A DNA stretch of 64,000 nt. Source: Gammaproteobacteria bacterium (GTDB taxonomy: Bacteria > Pseudomonadota > Gammaproteobacteria > Eutrophobiales > Eutrophobiaceae). This document shows positions 9,390-21,615 of the stretch, one piece after another (position 1 is the stretch's first letter; each line of letters begins with the position of its first letter). The translations under genes were made by a program, and so were the position numbers. The stretch is taken from assembly GCA_965205405.1 (NCBI GenBank), contig OZ242169.1, forward strand, positions 2,697,552 to 2,761,551, given 5' to 3'. The notes under the pieces are model-generated. The model was given only the letters and a program-made list of their open reading frames with translations. It was not told the DNA's origin and did not search any database.

Positions 9390-9417
9390 AGACTAACCTC
9401 AAGGACAGACCCCCAAT

Positions 9418-9567
9418 ATGGCAAGGCTGGCAAGGATCGTTCTACCTGGGTATCCTCACCACGTGATGCAACGGGGGAACCGTCGTCAGGATATGTTCTT
9501 TTATGAAGGCGATTTTCAAGTTGAGGTCGAATGTCATTTATCAATAGTTTTACCAAAATTCAAGTAA
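9418..9567 (+). pseudogene. N-terminal fragment of Y1 (RAYT/IS200-like) tyrosine transposase
   Basis: Translates MARLARIVLPGYPHHVMQRGNRRQDMFFYEGDF then loses similarity; preceded by GGACAGACCCC. Confidence 0.75.
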
Positions 9568-9656
9568 AAACCAGTGGTGCTAAAATTAATTTAGCACATG
9601 GCGGGTCAGGCAGCCCATTACTGTTGCTGCATGAAATGGCAGGTGTATTGAGTTGA
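9531..9656 (+). pseudogene. 41-aa chimeric remnant: hydrolase/dehalogenase-like N-terminus joined to a tail overlapping the selB start
   Basis: MSFINSFTKIQVKTSGAKINLAHGGSGSPLLLLH-EMAGVLS*; GAGG RBS; TTGA stop/start overlap with selB. Confidence 0.6.
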
Positions 9657-11428
9657 TTGTTGCCACAGCAGGTCATGTCGACCATGGTAAAACGCTACTG
9701 GTCAAAAAGCTTACCGGTATGGATACGGATCGGCTGGAAGAAGAAAAGCGTCGCGGTTTGTCAATCAATCTCGGTTTTGCATATCGTAAATCCGGCAACA
9801 ATAAAACTGTTGCCTTTGTTGATGTTCCCGGCCACATACGATTCATTAATAATATGATTGCAGGTATTAATGGTATCGATTTGGGCATGCTCGTAGTTGC
9901 AGCTGACGATGGCCCCATGCCGCAAACCCGGGAGCATATGGATGTATTAAAATTGTTGGGCGTCACAAAATTTGCGTTGATTATCAGTAAAATCGACCGG
10001 GTGGATAAAACACGGGTAGCTTTGGTGAAAGAACAGGCACTGAGTCTGTTTCCTGAGTCAGGTCAGGTGCCTGTGTTTGAAGTTGACACACCTGCAGAAA
10101 AGGGAATCTCCACACTCGGCTTATATCTTGAAAGCGAGGCGAGGCAACTGCCGGCAAAATCCACCTCGGGCCATTTCAGGCTTTCCATCGATCGCGCCTT
10201 CCTGATGAAAGGGAGCGGTCTGATAGTGACAGGGACAGTGGCATCCGGTACGGTCCAACGGGGAGATACACTGATACTGCTACCACAAAATGTATCAGTG
10301 CGTCTGCGTTCTCTACAGGCACAGGAAGAAAAAAAGTCACGGGCCTTTAGTGGTCAACGTTGTGCACTGAACATCAGTGGTGGTGTTGAAAAAGACGACA
10401 TCGAAAGAGGTGACTGGCTGGTAGCGCCGGAAATTAATCACACAACAATGCGCTTTGATGCGCGCATCAGCCTTTTACAACATGCCCCCTTTGCTCTAAA
10501 ACACATGAGTCCGATAAAACTCTATATTGGTGCAAAACGAATCTCGGCGCGCCTGGCTTTGTTGGAACAAAAGACAATATCACCCGGACAGACAGGCCTG
10601 GTGCAGTTGATTGTAAAACAGGCTATACACTGTTGTCACGGTGATCGATTTTTATTGCGTGATGACAGTGAAAACGAAATTCTGGGCGGGGGGGTTGTCT
10701 TGGATAGCAATGCCGTGGTCGGTAAACGTTCATCTTCTATACGCTTACATATGCTTGCTGCCATGGAGCAGTCAGCAGCGCGGCAGGTGTTGGCATCACT
10801 TCTTTTTGAACATAAGCAGGTTGTGGATATGTCCCAATTTTGTATGAATCGGAACATTCGCACCGATGAAGAAGCTGGCGTATTAGGTCTGGCAGAGCAC
10901 AAAGACAGTGTTATGTTGATTGATATTGAAGGTTCCAGGAAAGCAGTCAGCCGTGCCCATTGGCAATCTACAGGCGCCATTACTCTTAATAAAGGCCGTG
11001 TCGCGCCGTATAAACAAGAGCAGGTTTTGTCGAATGAACAACAGCAACTATGGACAGCTATCGAAGGTTGCCTGCTTAGCTGTGGTCTGCAGGTTCCCGG
11101 CCTGGGTGATATAGGAAAAAAGCTGGGCTATGAACATCGCTCCGTTCTGACGCTTTGCAAAATCGCAAGTAAACAGAAATCGCTGATCATGGTTGCCGAC
11201 AACCGTTATGTGTTGCCGGAACACATCAGGCAACTATCTAACGTGGTACAGTCATTGGCAAACGAAAAAGGGCATTTCTCGATTGTAGAATTCAGGAAAG
11301 AATGCGGTATTGGCCGTAATCTGGCCGTTGAGGTGTTAGAGTACTTTGATAAGATTGGTTTTACTCTACGTGCAGAAGCAGGCAGAGTGATTTTGCATAA
11401 AGATCGTGTTGATACAATGATTACGTAG
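9653..11428 (+). CDS. selB: Selenocysteine-specific elongation factor SelB (possibly internally shortened)
   Basis: IVATAGHVDHGKT, DRLEEEKRRG, DVPGH; C-terminal GRNLAVEVLEYFDKIGFT; adjacent to tRNA-Sec. Confidence 0.95.
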   Translation: MIVATAGHVDHGKTLLVKKLTGMDTDRLEEEKRRGLSINLGFAYRKSGNNKTVAFVDVPGHIRFINNMIAGINGIDLGMLVVAADDGPMPQTREHMDVLKLLGVTKFALIISKIDRVDKTRVALVKEQALSLFPESGQVPVFEVDTPAEKGISTLGLYLESEARQLPAKSTSGHFRLSIDRAFLMKGSGLIVTGTVASGTVQRGDTLILLPQNVSVRLRSLQAQEEKKSRAFSGQRCALNISGGVEKDDIERGDWLVAPEINHTTMRFDARISLLQHAPFALKHMSPIKLYIGAKRISARLALLEQKTISPGQTGLVQLIVKQAIHCCHGDRFLLRDDSENEILGGGVVLDSNAVVGKRSSSIRLHMLAAMEQSAARQVLASLLFEHKQVVDMSQFCMNRNIRTDEEAGVLGLAEHKDSVMLIDIEGSRKAVSRAHWQSTGAITLNKGRVAPYKQEQVLSNEQQQLWTAIEGCLLSCGLQVPGLGDIGKKLGYEHRSVLTLCKIASKQKSLIMVADNRYVLPEHIRQLSNVVQSLANEKGHFSIVEFRKECGIGRNLAVEVLEYFDKIGFTLRAEAGRVILHKDRVDTMIT

Positions 11429-11448
11429 TCGAATTTAGTATCAACCAC

Positions 11449-11542
11449 GGAAGAGCGATGTCCCCGGTGGGACACCTGGTCTTCAAAACCAGTGAGGCGC
11501 CAACAAAGCGCCTGGTGGGTTCGACACCTACCTCTTCCGCCA
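11449..11542 (+). tRNA. selC: tRNA-Sec (UCA)
   Basis: GGAAGAG...CTCTTCC-GCCA acceptor, CTGGT-CTTCAAA-ACCAG anticodon arm, long variable arm, GGTTCGAC. Confidence 0.92.
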
Positions 11543-11562
11543 AACAGTTCTGGAACAGTTTG

Positions 11563-11617
11563 GGGGACACAATACTTAATTTCGGGATACTGTCGGATTA
11601 TTAAGTATTGTGTCCCC
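11563..11617. repeat. GGGGWC-type inverted repeat (core ACACAATACTTAAT)
   Basis: 18-bp perfect IR GGGGACACAATACTTAAT / ATTAAGTATTGTGTCCCC; half copy near 24684-24696. Confidence 0.85.
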
Positions 11618-11648
11618 AAAATACCCACGTAGTCACGTAGTGATTAGA

Positions 11649-12200
11649 TCAGGTTGATTTCAGTAATGAGAACAATTCTGCCCGAGTGCTGGGGTTGGAG
11701 CGGAAAATTCCCAGCATGGCCGATGTTTTCATAACAGAATTCTGTTTTTCCACCCCGCGCATCATCATGCACAGATGTTTGGATTCGATGATGACAGCGA
11801 CATCTTCAACTTCTGTGGCCTTTTTCATTGCCCGGGCGATATCCATGGTGAGTTCCTCCTGGTTCTGCAACCGGCGCGCATACATATCGACGATTCTGGC
11901 GACCTTGGACAGACCGATGACAAACTTGTTCGGAATGTAAGCCACGTGACACTTGCCGACAAACGGCAACAAGTGATGTTCGCAAAGCGAATAGAGTTCG
12001 ATATCCTGGACGACGACCATCTCGCTCCTTTCCGTCGGGAAGCGGGCATCGTTGATTATATCTTCCAGGTTTTGCGAGTAACCCTGGGTCAGAAAACGCA
12101 TTGCCCGGGCCGCGCGTTGAGGCGTGTCTTTTAATCCCGGCCGGTCAAGGTCGTCGATTTCTTTGATAATGTCTGTGTATGCCTGTTCCATACTAATCAC
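11649..12200 (-). CDS. folE: GTP cyclohydrolase I
   Basis: [34 protein letters not shown] motifs. Confidence 0.95.
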   Translation of the reverse strand: MISMEQAYTDIIKEIDDLDRPGLKDTPQRAARAMRFLTQGYSQNLEDIINDARFPTERSEMVVVQDIELYSLCEHHLLPFVGKCHVAYIPNKFVIGLSKVARIVDMYARRLQNQEELTMDIARAMKKATEVEDVAVIIESKHLCMMMRGVEKQNSVMKTSAMLGIFRSNPSTRAELFSLLKST

Positions 12201-12315
12201 GTCGGGTTGAATATAAGGTGCGTAAGTTTACCTGTTTTATGCGATAGCTGCATATTTTATAAGCACAGGACTGAAAGAATGGATACCTGCATTCCCGGAA
12301 ATAGAAGTACAATAT

Positions 12316-12389
12316 TTGGGGTCAGAGTAAAAATAGCATCACTGACAGGTGGTCTGGCTTATTGGCGGGTATTTTTACTCTGACCCCAA
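12316..12389. repeat. GGGGTCAGAGTAAAAA MITE/REPIN-like element
   Basis: 20-bp perfect IR; family copies at 35128, 47303, 54120 and 62583. Confidence 0.85.
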
Positions 12390-12392
12390 GTA

Positions 12393-14804
12393 TTAAATAC
12401 TCAGCTTGATGCCGACAAAACCGGCGCGGGGTGCGCCGGGACCGACAAAACGCGGGTTTTCAAAGCCTTCAAACGCCGCAACCGGAACTTCATCGGGTTC
12501 CTCGCCCAGCAAGCCGAAGCTTTCATAGTCTTCGTCAAACAGGTTAGTGATACGGGCAAACAGTGCGATATTGTCATTAAACTTGTAGTTGGCGCGCAGG
12601 TTGACTACGGCATAACCGTCCAAGGGGTCTAACTGGTTGGATTCATCGCCTCGCAGTACCTGGTTGGAGTTGTAAAGCACGTCAAAACCGACATTTAAAC
12701 GCTCAAACAGGAGGTAGTCGGCGCCCAACTTCAGGGAGTGCTCAGGCAGTCCGGGGATGCGGTCACCGGGGGAGACCCTGATCACGCGCTGGCCATCTTC
12801 ATTCTCTGCGGAGAGGGGATGGTTGCTGCTGCTTACTGCTTCGAATTCATCCTCAAATGTAGATTCCAGGTAGGTGTAAGCGATAAACCAGTCGATCTTG
12901 TCGGTTGAGCCCTCCAGCATGCCTTCAAAGCCAAGACGCCGGGTTTCATCGATGTTGGCGAACAGGCCGGTGGCGCGACCGGTCGACTGGAACAGGATAT
13001 CGTTGTTGTTGGTAGCGTGGAAAAAACCGAGGTGGTAATTAAGCAGCCCCATTGAACCGCGCAAGCCGGCCTCGAAACTCCTGGTGACCACGTCATCGAG
13101 AGGCGGGTCTGCCAGGAAGGCATTGGGCAGACGGCATTCGAATTCTATATCGTCTTCATCCGCGCCTTCTTCTCTGGCGGCAATGACGGCGCGGGTAAAT
13201 ACGCTGTCATTACAGGCAAGTTCGATGGGGGTCGGCGCCCGGGAAGATTCGCTGTAGCTGCCGTACAAGTTCATGTTGTCCGTTGCCTGCCAGGTGAGGC
13301 CGACGGCGGGATTGAAACGGAAGTAATCATGTTCGCCATTAAGTTCCGGACGTTCGCCTGACTGGTCTTCCAGATCAATCAAGGTGTTGTTAAGGCGGCC
13401 TGACAAGGTCAGGGTAAGCTGGTCTGAAATATCCATGACATTCATGAAATAAAAGCTGGCTGTCTCCGTTTCAGTTTTCAGTCTGGTCAGTGCATCTACC
13501 AGAAAGACACCCGATCCCAGTCCCTGGGTGCTCCGTGTCAAGCGATCCATATCGGCTATCTCTGTTTCGGAATTAAAGCGACTCTCTCCGTTGTAATAGG
13601 AAAATCCCATTATCAACTGGTTATTTCTGCCGAACAGGTCGTTCAGGAAGGATAACTGAATGTCGGTGCCGTAGCTTTCCTGCTTGCGCCGGCTGATGTT
13701 GTTGATGGCAACGATATCAATGCCGGACGGGTCGCCGTCGCCATAAGTTTCTACAAACTCCTCCTCATCGCCATTATCGCTGTCGTCATGACCGTTATCG
13801 TCATCATCATCGTCATCTTCTTCGACCAGCATCCAGGTCCCATGCTCATCAAATTCGACACCGAAATCACTTCCATCACCGTTAAATGAGTCAGTGTGAT
13901 TCTCGCGGTAGAAGAAATTGAAATCGACCTTCATGTTATCGGTAACGTCGTGACTGCCGTCCAGACTGACCATAGTCAGGTTATTTTCAGTGATGTCCGG
14001 CCCGGTAAAAATGGCGTCCCGATCGACGGCCAGCAACTCTTCCGGAATTGCCCCGTTACCTATCAGGTAGCTGTCGCCATGCTGGGCATTCAGGTCCAGA
14101 CTGGACATGGCGCCGCGCCAACTGAGGCCGCCATAAAAGTTGATGGCATCGGAGGCGGATTCATCACGCCAACCCTCTTCGTCGAAGTAATGAACGTTGA
14201 CGTAGTAACCCAGGGAACCGTTGTTGCCACCGCTCTCGGCTGTGGTGACGATGCGCTCAAAGGAACCGCCGTAGACTTCCAGGTTATGACCTTCGCTGTT
14301 AAAACCGTCTTTCATCTCGACAGACAGGGCGCCGCCCAGGGTATTCAGTCCGAACAGGGGATTGGCGCCGCTGATCAGGTCAATACCGTATATTGCCGAT
14401 TCCGGCAACAGGTCCCAGTTCACCGTATCACCCAGGGGTTCATTGATACGAACGCCATTCTGGTAAACCGCCATGCCTTGCGCCAGGCCCAGGAGCGGGG
14501 AGGAAGTATAGCCGCGGTATTGTATATCCGGCTGTAACGGGTTGTTCTGGGCATCGTTGAGGGTCACGCTGCCCAGGTTGTGTTTCAGGAAATCAGAAAG
14601 GCCCAGGCTCTGCGAGCGGTCAAGATCATCACTTGATGCGGATTGCACGTTATAGGGGATTTTTTCCACAGGCAGTCCCGCGCCCCGGGTGGGCGTGACA
14701 CCGATAACGACGATTTCTTCATCGACTTCCCGCGCGTCGGTAACGGCAGGCAGATAGCTGCCAATGATCAAAGACGCACAAAACGCAATACCTGCTCTAT
14801 TCAT
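12393..14804 (-). CDS. TonB-dependent outer membrane receptor
   Basis: Signal peptide, EEIVVIG TonB box, plug motif GANPLFGLNTLGGAL, C-terminal NLFDEDY...GAPR. Confidence 0.9.
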   Translation of the reverse strand: MNRAGIAFCASLIIGSYLPAVTDAREVDEEIVVIGVTPTRGAGLPVEKIPYNVQSASSDDLDRSQSLGLSDFLKHNLGSVTLNDAQNNPLQPDIQYRGYTSSPLLGLAQGMAVYQNGVRINEPLGDTVNWDLLPESAIYGIDLISGANPLFGLNTLGGALSVEMKDGFNSEGHNLEVYGGSFERIVTTAESGGNNGSLGYYVNVHYFDEEGWRDESASDAINFYGGLSWRGAMSSLDLNAQHGDSYLIGNGAIPEELLAVDRDAIFTGPDITENNLTMVSLDGSHDVTDNMKVDFNFFYRENHTDSFNGDGSDFGVEFDEHGTWMLVEEDDDDDDDNGHDDSDNGDEEEFVETYGDGDPSGIDIVAINNISRRKQESYGTDIQLSFLNDLFGRNNQLIMGFSYYNGESRFNSETEIADMDRLTRSTQGLGSGVFLVDALTRLKTETETASFYFMNVMDISDQLTLTLSGRLNNTLIDLEDQSGERPELNGEHDYFRFNPAVGLTWQATDNMNLYGSYSESSRAPTPIELACNDSVFTRAVIAAREEGADEDDIEFECRLPNAFLADPPLDDVVTRSFEAGLRGSMGLLNYHLGFFHATNNNDILFQSTGRATGLFANIDETRRLGFEGMLEGSTDKIDWFIAYTYLESTFEDEFEAVSSSNHPLSAENEDGQRVIRVSPGDRIPGLPEHSLKLGADYLLFERLNVGFDVLYNSNQVLRGDESNQLDPLDGYAVVNLRANYKFNDNIALFARITNLFDEDYESFGLLGEEPDEVPVAAFEGFENPRFVGPGAPRAGFVGIKLSI

Positions 14805-14978
14805 TTGCCAGACTTTCCCGGGAATTTATGGTGATACCAGGACAGCATGCTGGTAAACACCTGACAAATGTAATGTAGCTGTTTGATCTACAAGTGAATA
14901 CGGGGAAAAGAGAATAAATGAGCGGGAATTTTTCCCATACGCGGGTTAATTTATCCGCAGATCACGCGGTAATCTGAA

Positions 14979-15003
14979 GGGGACGGACTTGAAGTCCGTC
15001 CCC
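14979..15003. repeat. GGGGACGG palindrome
   Basis: GGGGACGGACTT-G-AAGTCCGTCCCC; related copies at 16760, 57128 and 57176. Confidence 0.85.
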
Positions 15004-15009
15004 GGGGAG

Positions 15010-15867
15010 TCACGTCATAGTCTTCGCCAGGGCAAAGATTTCCTCGGCATCGAATACCTGGTCATTACTTTCAAACAGCTTTGCGATACAGGCCCGGTGC
15101 AGGGCAAGTTTCAAGGTACCGAAACCGATGGCCCCCCAGCAGGTTTTGCCGTTGCGGTCTTTGCCCCGGTCCATCATATCGACCCCTTCAATTCCCAGGG
15201 GTGGTGTGGCATTGGCGTCGGCGAGCATTTCGATTGCGGGATTATTTTCCCAGTGTTCGCGGTTGAGTAGCTGCACCCCGGCAGCGCCCGTTGCAATCAC
15301 GATCTGTGCGTCTTCCACGGCCCGGGCGCGGTCTTCGTTAGTGGCGGCCCCCAGGGCAGTGACGTCCACGCCGAAACGGTTCTTTAATGCGTCGCAGGCC
15401 GTTTGCGCGCGTTCCTGGCCGCGGGAGCATAATACGACCTCGGCGCCTTCCCGGGTCAGCATGACGGCGGCGCGCTGGCCGACCGGGCCCGTTCCTCCCA
15501 GAATGACCACTTTCTTACCGCTAATCCCACCTGTGCTCATGAGTTTGGCGACAGCAGCCGCAGCCGTGGTATTACTGCCGTTACTATCGAGCATAACGGA
15601 TACACGAAAATCGGCAAAGAAGACCTTTTGCACGGCATCCAGCAGTTTTTCTCCGGCGACCATATCGCTGCCGCCGACAAACAGGGCAGTGTTTTTCTTT
15701 TCTTTCGGGCTGCGGGTGAATATGGCGCCTTCTACCAGTGCGCGCACGTTCTCAGGCGTGCAACCGCCATGGCCGATGACGTGGTCGGCTCCGCCATCAA
15801 AGCCCACCACGGAATCGAATACGGCGGCATGTTGGTCGGTATCCAGTTGAAACAGAAGTTTTTTCAT
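15010..15867 (-). CDS. mtdA: NADP-dependent methylene-H4MPT/H4F dehydrogenase MtdA
   Basis: MKKLLFQLDTD, DGGADHV, GAIFTR, DSNGSNTTAAAAV, GTGPVG; next to fch. Confidence 0.92.
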   Translation of the reverse strand: MKKLLFQLDTDQHAAVFDSVVGFDGGADHVIGHGGCTPENVRALVEGAIFTRSPKEKKNTALFVGGSDMVAGEKLLDAVQKVFFADFRVSVMLDSNGSNTTAAAAVAKLMSTGGISGKKVVILGGTGPVGQRAAVMLTREGAEVVLCSRGQERAQTACDALKNRFGVDVTALGAATNEDRARAVEDAQIVIATGAAGVQLLNREHWENNPAIEMLADANATPPLGIEGVDMMDRGKDRNGKTCWGAIGFGTLKLALHRACIAKLFESNDQVFDAEEIFALAKTMT

Positions 15868-16117
15868 TTTGTATCCTCATAGTGTTTGAATGTTGATTAA
15901 TATCGCTGAAAACGCATTGTCTTTTTACACCGACCTGATTGAATCGGCACTGAGCCCGGCCAATTTATTCCGATTCTGAGTGACAGGAAACAGAAGGAGC
16001 GGGGGACATATTCGTTGACGCCCATCTGCGTCAACTGCGGATAAATCCGTTATACTCTCCGGCGCAGTTTGCAATAATCGTCTATTACAATAAAAAAATC
16101 GGAAAGAGGCAAGATTT

Positions 16118-16741
16118 ATGTTCAAGGAACAACAATTACAGACTTTTCTCGATCAACTCGCTTCCAGGGCATCCACTCCCGGGGGCGGCAGTGCGGCGGC
16201 GATCATGGGAGCAATGGGCGCGGCGCTGATCAGTATGGTGGCCAATCTCACCGTAGGCAAAAAGAAATATGAAGACGTCGAGGCGGAGATGCAGGGGTTC
16301 CTGGAGCAGTCCGAAGCGTTGCGCACCCGGCTGACCGGCATGATCCAGGCGGACGTCGACGTGTTCGATAAGGTAATGGCGGCCTACGGCATGGCCAGGG
16401 AGACAGAGGCGGACAAGGAGCAGCGGTCTCAGGCTATTCAGGCGGCGCTGAAAGAGGCCACCGACGTGCCCCTTGCCTGCGCACAACTCTGTGCGGATGT
16501 GATCGAGTTATGCCGCCCGGTGGCGGAAAAAGGCAATCTCAACGTGATCAGCGACGCCGGCGTTGCTGTACTGGCCGCCCATGCCGCGCTGCGTAGCGCG
16601 GCCTTGAACGTGTATATCAACATCGGCGGCATCAGGGATAATGATTTCGTGAATGACCGTCGCGAGAAACTGGAATTCGTGCTGTCCGGCGCGGGCATCG
16701 CCACGGAAACGGTGTATGAACTGGTGAAGAGTAAGCTGTAA
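16118..16741 (+). CDS. fch: Methenyl-THF cyclohydrolase (FTCD_C family)
   Basis: TPGGGSAAA, GNLNVISDAGV, AALNVYINI motifs; adjacent to mtdA. Confidence 0.88.
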   Translation: MFKEQQLQTFLDQLASRASTPGGGSAAAIMGAMGAALISMVANLTVGKKKYEDVEAEMQGFLEQSEALRTRLTGMIQADVDVFDKVMAAYGMARETEADKEQRSQAIQAALKEATDVPLACAQLCADVIELCRPVAEKGNLNVISDAGVAVLAAHAALRSAALNVYINIGGIRDNDFVNDRREKLEFVLSGAGIATETVYELVKSKL

Positions 16742-16759
16742 GGATCGTAACAGGGGTAA

Positions 16760-16784
16760 GGGGACGGATTTCAAATCCGTCCCC
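16760..16784. repeat. GGGGACGG palindrome between convergent genes
   Basis: GGGGACGGATTT-C-AAATCCGTCCCC. Confidence 0.85.
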
Positions 16785-16798
16785 GGTGTCCCAGCGTA

Positions 16799-17455
16799 TC
16801 AGGCTTGCAGGATGTTGTGGCGGATTGCCAGTCGGGCCAGTTCGGCGGTGGTGTTGACTTGCAGCTTGTTTTTTATCTGCGAACTGTAGTTGGCTACCGT
16901 TTTATATCCTATGGAAAGGCGAGTAGCTATCTCATTGATGTTCAGACCCTCCGCGAGCAGGCAGAATATTTCAAATTCCCTGGTGGACAGGCCGGAAAAC
17001 GGTCCGGTTTCACCACGCGCTTTCTGGAAAGCCAGGTGTTGCACCACCCGGTCATCGATATATATCCCACCCCGGGCAATTTCTTCAATGGCCTTGATCA
17101 GGGTTTTCGGGGCACTGCTTTTGGTCAGGTAACCGCGGGCGCCGGCGCGCAAGGCCTGGTCTACGAATACGGTATCTTCATGCATGCTGAACACCAGTAT
17201 TTTGGCGTTTGCGTCTTTACGGATGATGCGTTGGATTGCCTCGAGGCCGCTCATGCCGGGTAGTGACAGATCCATGACCACCACGTCCGGGTTCAGGTCC
17301 GTAAACAGTTTACTGGCTTGTTCTCCGCTGGAAGCCTCAGCGATGATCTCGGTCTTGTCCGACTGTTTCAATAGCATTTGATAGCCGGCGCGCACCACGG
17401 CATGGTCATCAACCAGGAGGATCCTGATTTTTTTATTTTCGCGCTGCATATCCAT
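16799..17455 (-). CDS. NarL/LuxR-family response regulator (MxaB/MxcE-like by context)
   Basis: LVDDHAVVR, DVVVMDLSLPG receiver domain; LSTREFEIF HTH. Confidence 0.88.
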   Translation of the reverse strand: MDMQRENKKIRILLVDDHAVVRAGYQMLLKQSDKTEIIAEASSGEQASKLFTDLNPDVVVMDLSLPGMSGLEAIQRIIRKDANAKILVFSMHEDTVFVDQALRAGARGYLTKSSAPKTLIKAIEEIARGGIYIDDRVVQHLAFQKARGETGPFSGLSTREFEIFCLLAEGLNINEIATRLSIGYKTVANYSSQIKNKLQVNTTAELARLAIRHNILQA

Positions 17456-17496
17456 TCAAGTCCGCGGTCATAGCATGTTTAAACCGACGGGACAGT

Positions 17497-20062
<2,566 letters not shown>

Positions 20063-20105
20063 AATGCTGTTCCGGGGGCACAATGCTTAATTATCGTGTA
20101 CTAAA

Positions 20106-20663
20106 ATGGTAAAACTTGACGACAAGGCGCAATGGTTACAAAACGTGCGGTGTATCCCGTCGCCGAATTATGACGAGAGGCCGGAAGGGATTGATATTTG
20201 CCTGCTTGTCGTTCACGGTATCAGCCTGCCTCCGGGGGAGTTCGGCAGTTCCTGTATTGAGCAGTTGTTCTGCAATACGCTCGATCACGATGCGCATCCT
20301 TATTTTGAACAACTTAAAGACATGAGGGTATCAGCGCATCTTTTGATAGACCGTAAAGGGGAGATCATACAATTCGTTCCGTTTCACAAGCGCGCCTGGC
20401 ATGCCGGCAACTCTGCATTCAACGGACGGCCAAACTGTAACGATTTTTCCATCGGTATCGAGCTGGAAGGCGCCGACGATATAGAATACGAAGCGCTACA
20501 GTATGAAGTACTGGCGCAGGTAATAACAGAACTGCAGCAGGTCTTGCCGCTGCTTGCCGGTGCAAATATCAGGGGACACTGCCATATCTCCCCGGGACGT
20601 AAAACCGATCCCGGCCCGGTGTTTGACTGGGACAGATTATACTCGTTACTCAATGAACGTTAG
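20106..20663 (+). CDS. ampD: 1,6-anhydro-N-acetylmuramyl-L-alanine amidase
   Basis: HGISLPPGEFG, VSAHLLI, RAWHAG, SIGIELEG, RKTDPG; divergent from nadC. Confidence 0.95.
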   Translation: MVKLDDKAQWLQNVRCIPSPNYDERPEGIDICLLVVHGISLPPGEFGSSCIEQLFCNTLDHDAHPYFEQLKDMRVSAHLLIDRKGEIIQFVPFHKRAWHAGNSAFNGRPNCNDFSIGIELEGADDIEYEALQYEVLAQVITELQQVLPLLAGANIRGHCHISPGRKTDPGPVFDWDRLYSLLNER

Positions 20664-20724
20664 TATTTTACGGATGAATAGCAATACTTGTGTATTTCCC
20701 CCATAAATACATTATCATTTTGAC

Positions 20725-21594
20725 ATGAACCTGATTATGGTATTGATTGCGCTTGGCGTGGAAGCCCGATTGGGCAACTTTGACAGGTACCGGAACCTGG
20801 CGTGGTTTGAGCACTACGGAAACTGGCTGGAAGCCAGGATGGGTGGTCTCAATTTCTGGAACGGCGTCGGTGGCCTTCTGGCCACTCTGTTTATTCCGCT
20901 TGTATTGCTGGGCGTCCTGATTTACCTGGCGGGCGAGATCCATTTTGTGCTGGGGTTTTTACTTTCCTTACTGATACTGGTTTACAGCTTCGGTCCGGTG
21001 GTGAGTTCGCTGGTGAACAGGTACACAGATGCCCTGAGCGGCAACGATGCCGACACCTGCCGGGAAATCCTGGAGCAAATTCTGTATGGCGGTGTTACTG
21101 ACGGCGAGACAGATCATGATCGGGTAATAAGTTCAATCATGTTCCGCGCCCATGAATACCTGTTTGCAGTCATTTTCTGGTTCCTGCTGTTGGGAGCGGT
21201 AGGCGCATTAATGTATTGCCTGGTGGTAAACCTGGCGCACAAGCATGAAAAGATCGATAGTGGATATGCTGCTGCGGTAAGGGACTTGCATAATATATTG
21301 ATGTGGCCGTCCGCCCGCCTGCTTGCCCTGGGGTTTGCCCTGGGCGGCAGTCTGGTGAGCGCCCTGGAAAGCTGGCGCACGGTATCCGGTAACACCCTGG
21401 ATGCGAGCAGAGAGGTGATTACGGTTTCAGGTTTCGGCGCACTTCACTATGACCCCGAAAACGGGGAGGCAACGGACGCGGATAACGAGGCTTTTATCGC
21501 CCGGCTCAGGGATACCCAGGCCTTGATCACTCGTACCCTGATCGTATGGCTGATCGTAATGGGCCTGATGACCATAGCCGGCTGGATAAATTGA
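20725..21594 (+). CDS. ampE: AmpE-like inner membrane protein
   Basis: Multi-TM, FAVIFWF and W.SARLLALGFAL.G motifs; follows ampD. Confidence 0.8.
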   Translation: MNLIMVLIALGVEARLGNFDRYRNLAWFEHYGNWLEARMGGLNFWNGVGGLLATLFIPLVLLGVLIYLAGEIHFVLGFLLSLLILVYSFGPVVSSLVNRYTDALSGNDADTCREILEQILYGGVTDGETDHDRVISSIMFRAHEYLFAVIFWFLLLGAVGALMYCLVVNLAHKHEKIDSGYAAAVRDLHNILMWPSARLLALGFALGGSLVSALESWRTVSGNTLDASREVITVSGFGALHYDPENGEATDADNEAFIARLRDTQALITRTLIVWLIVMGLMTIAGWIN

Positions 21595-21615
21595 TTTATC
21601 CGCGCAAGTGTAATA

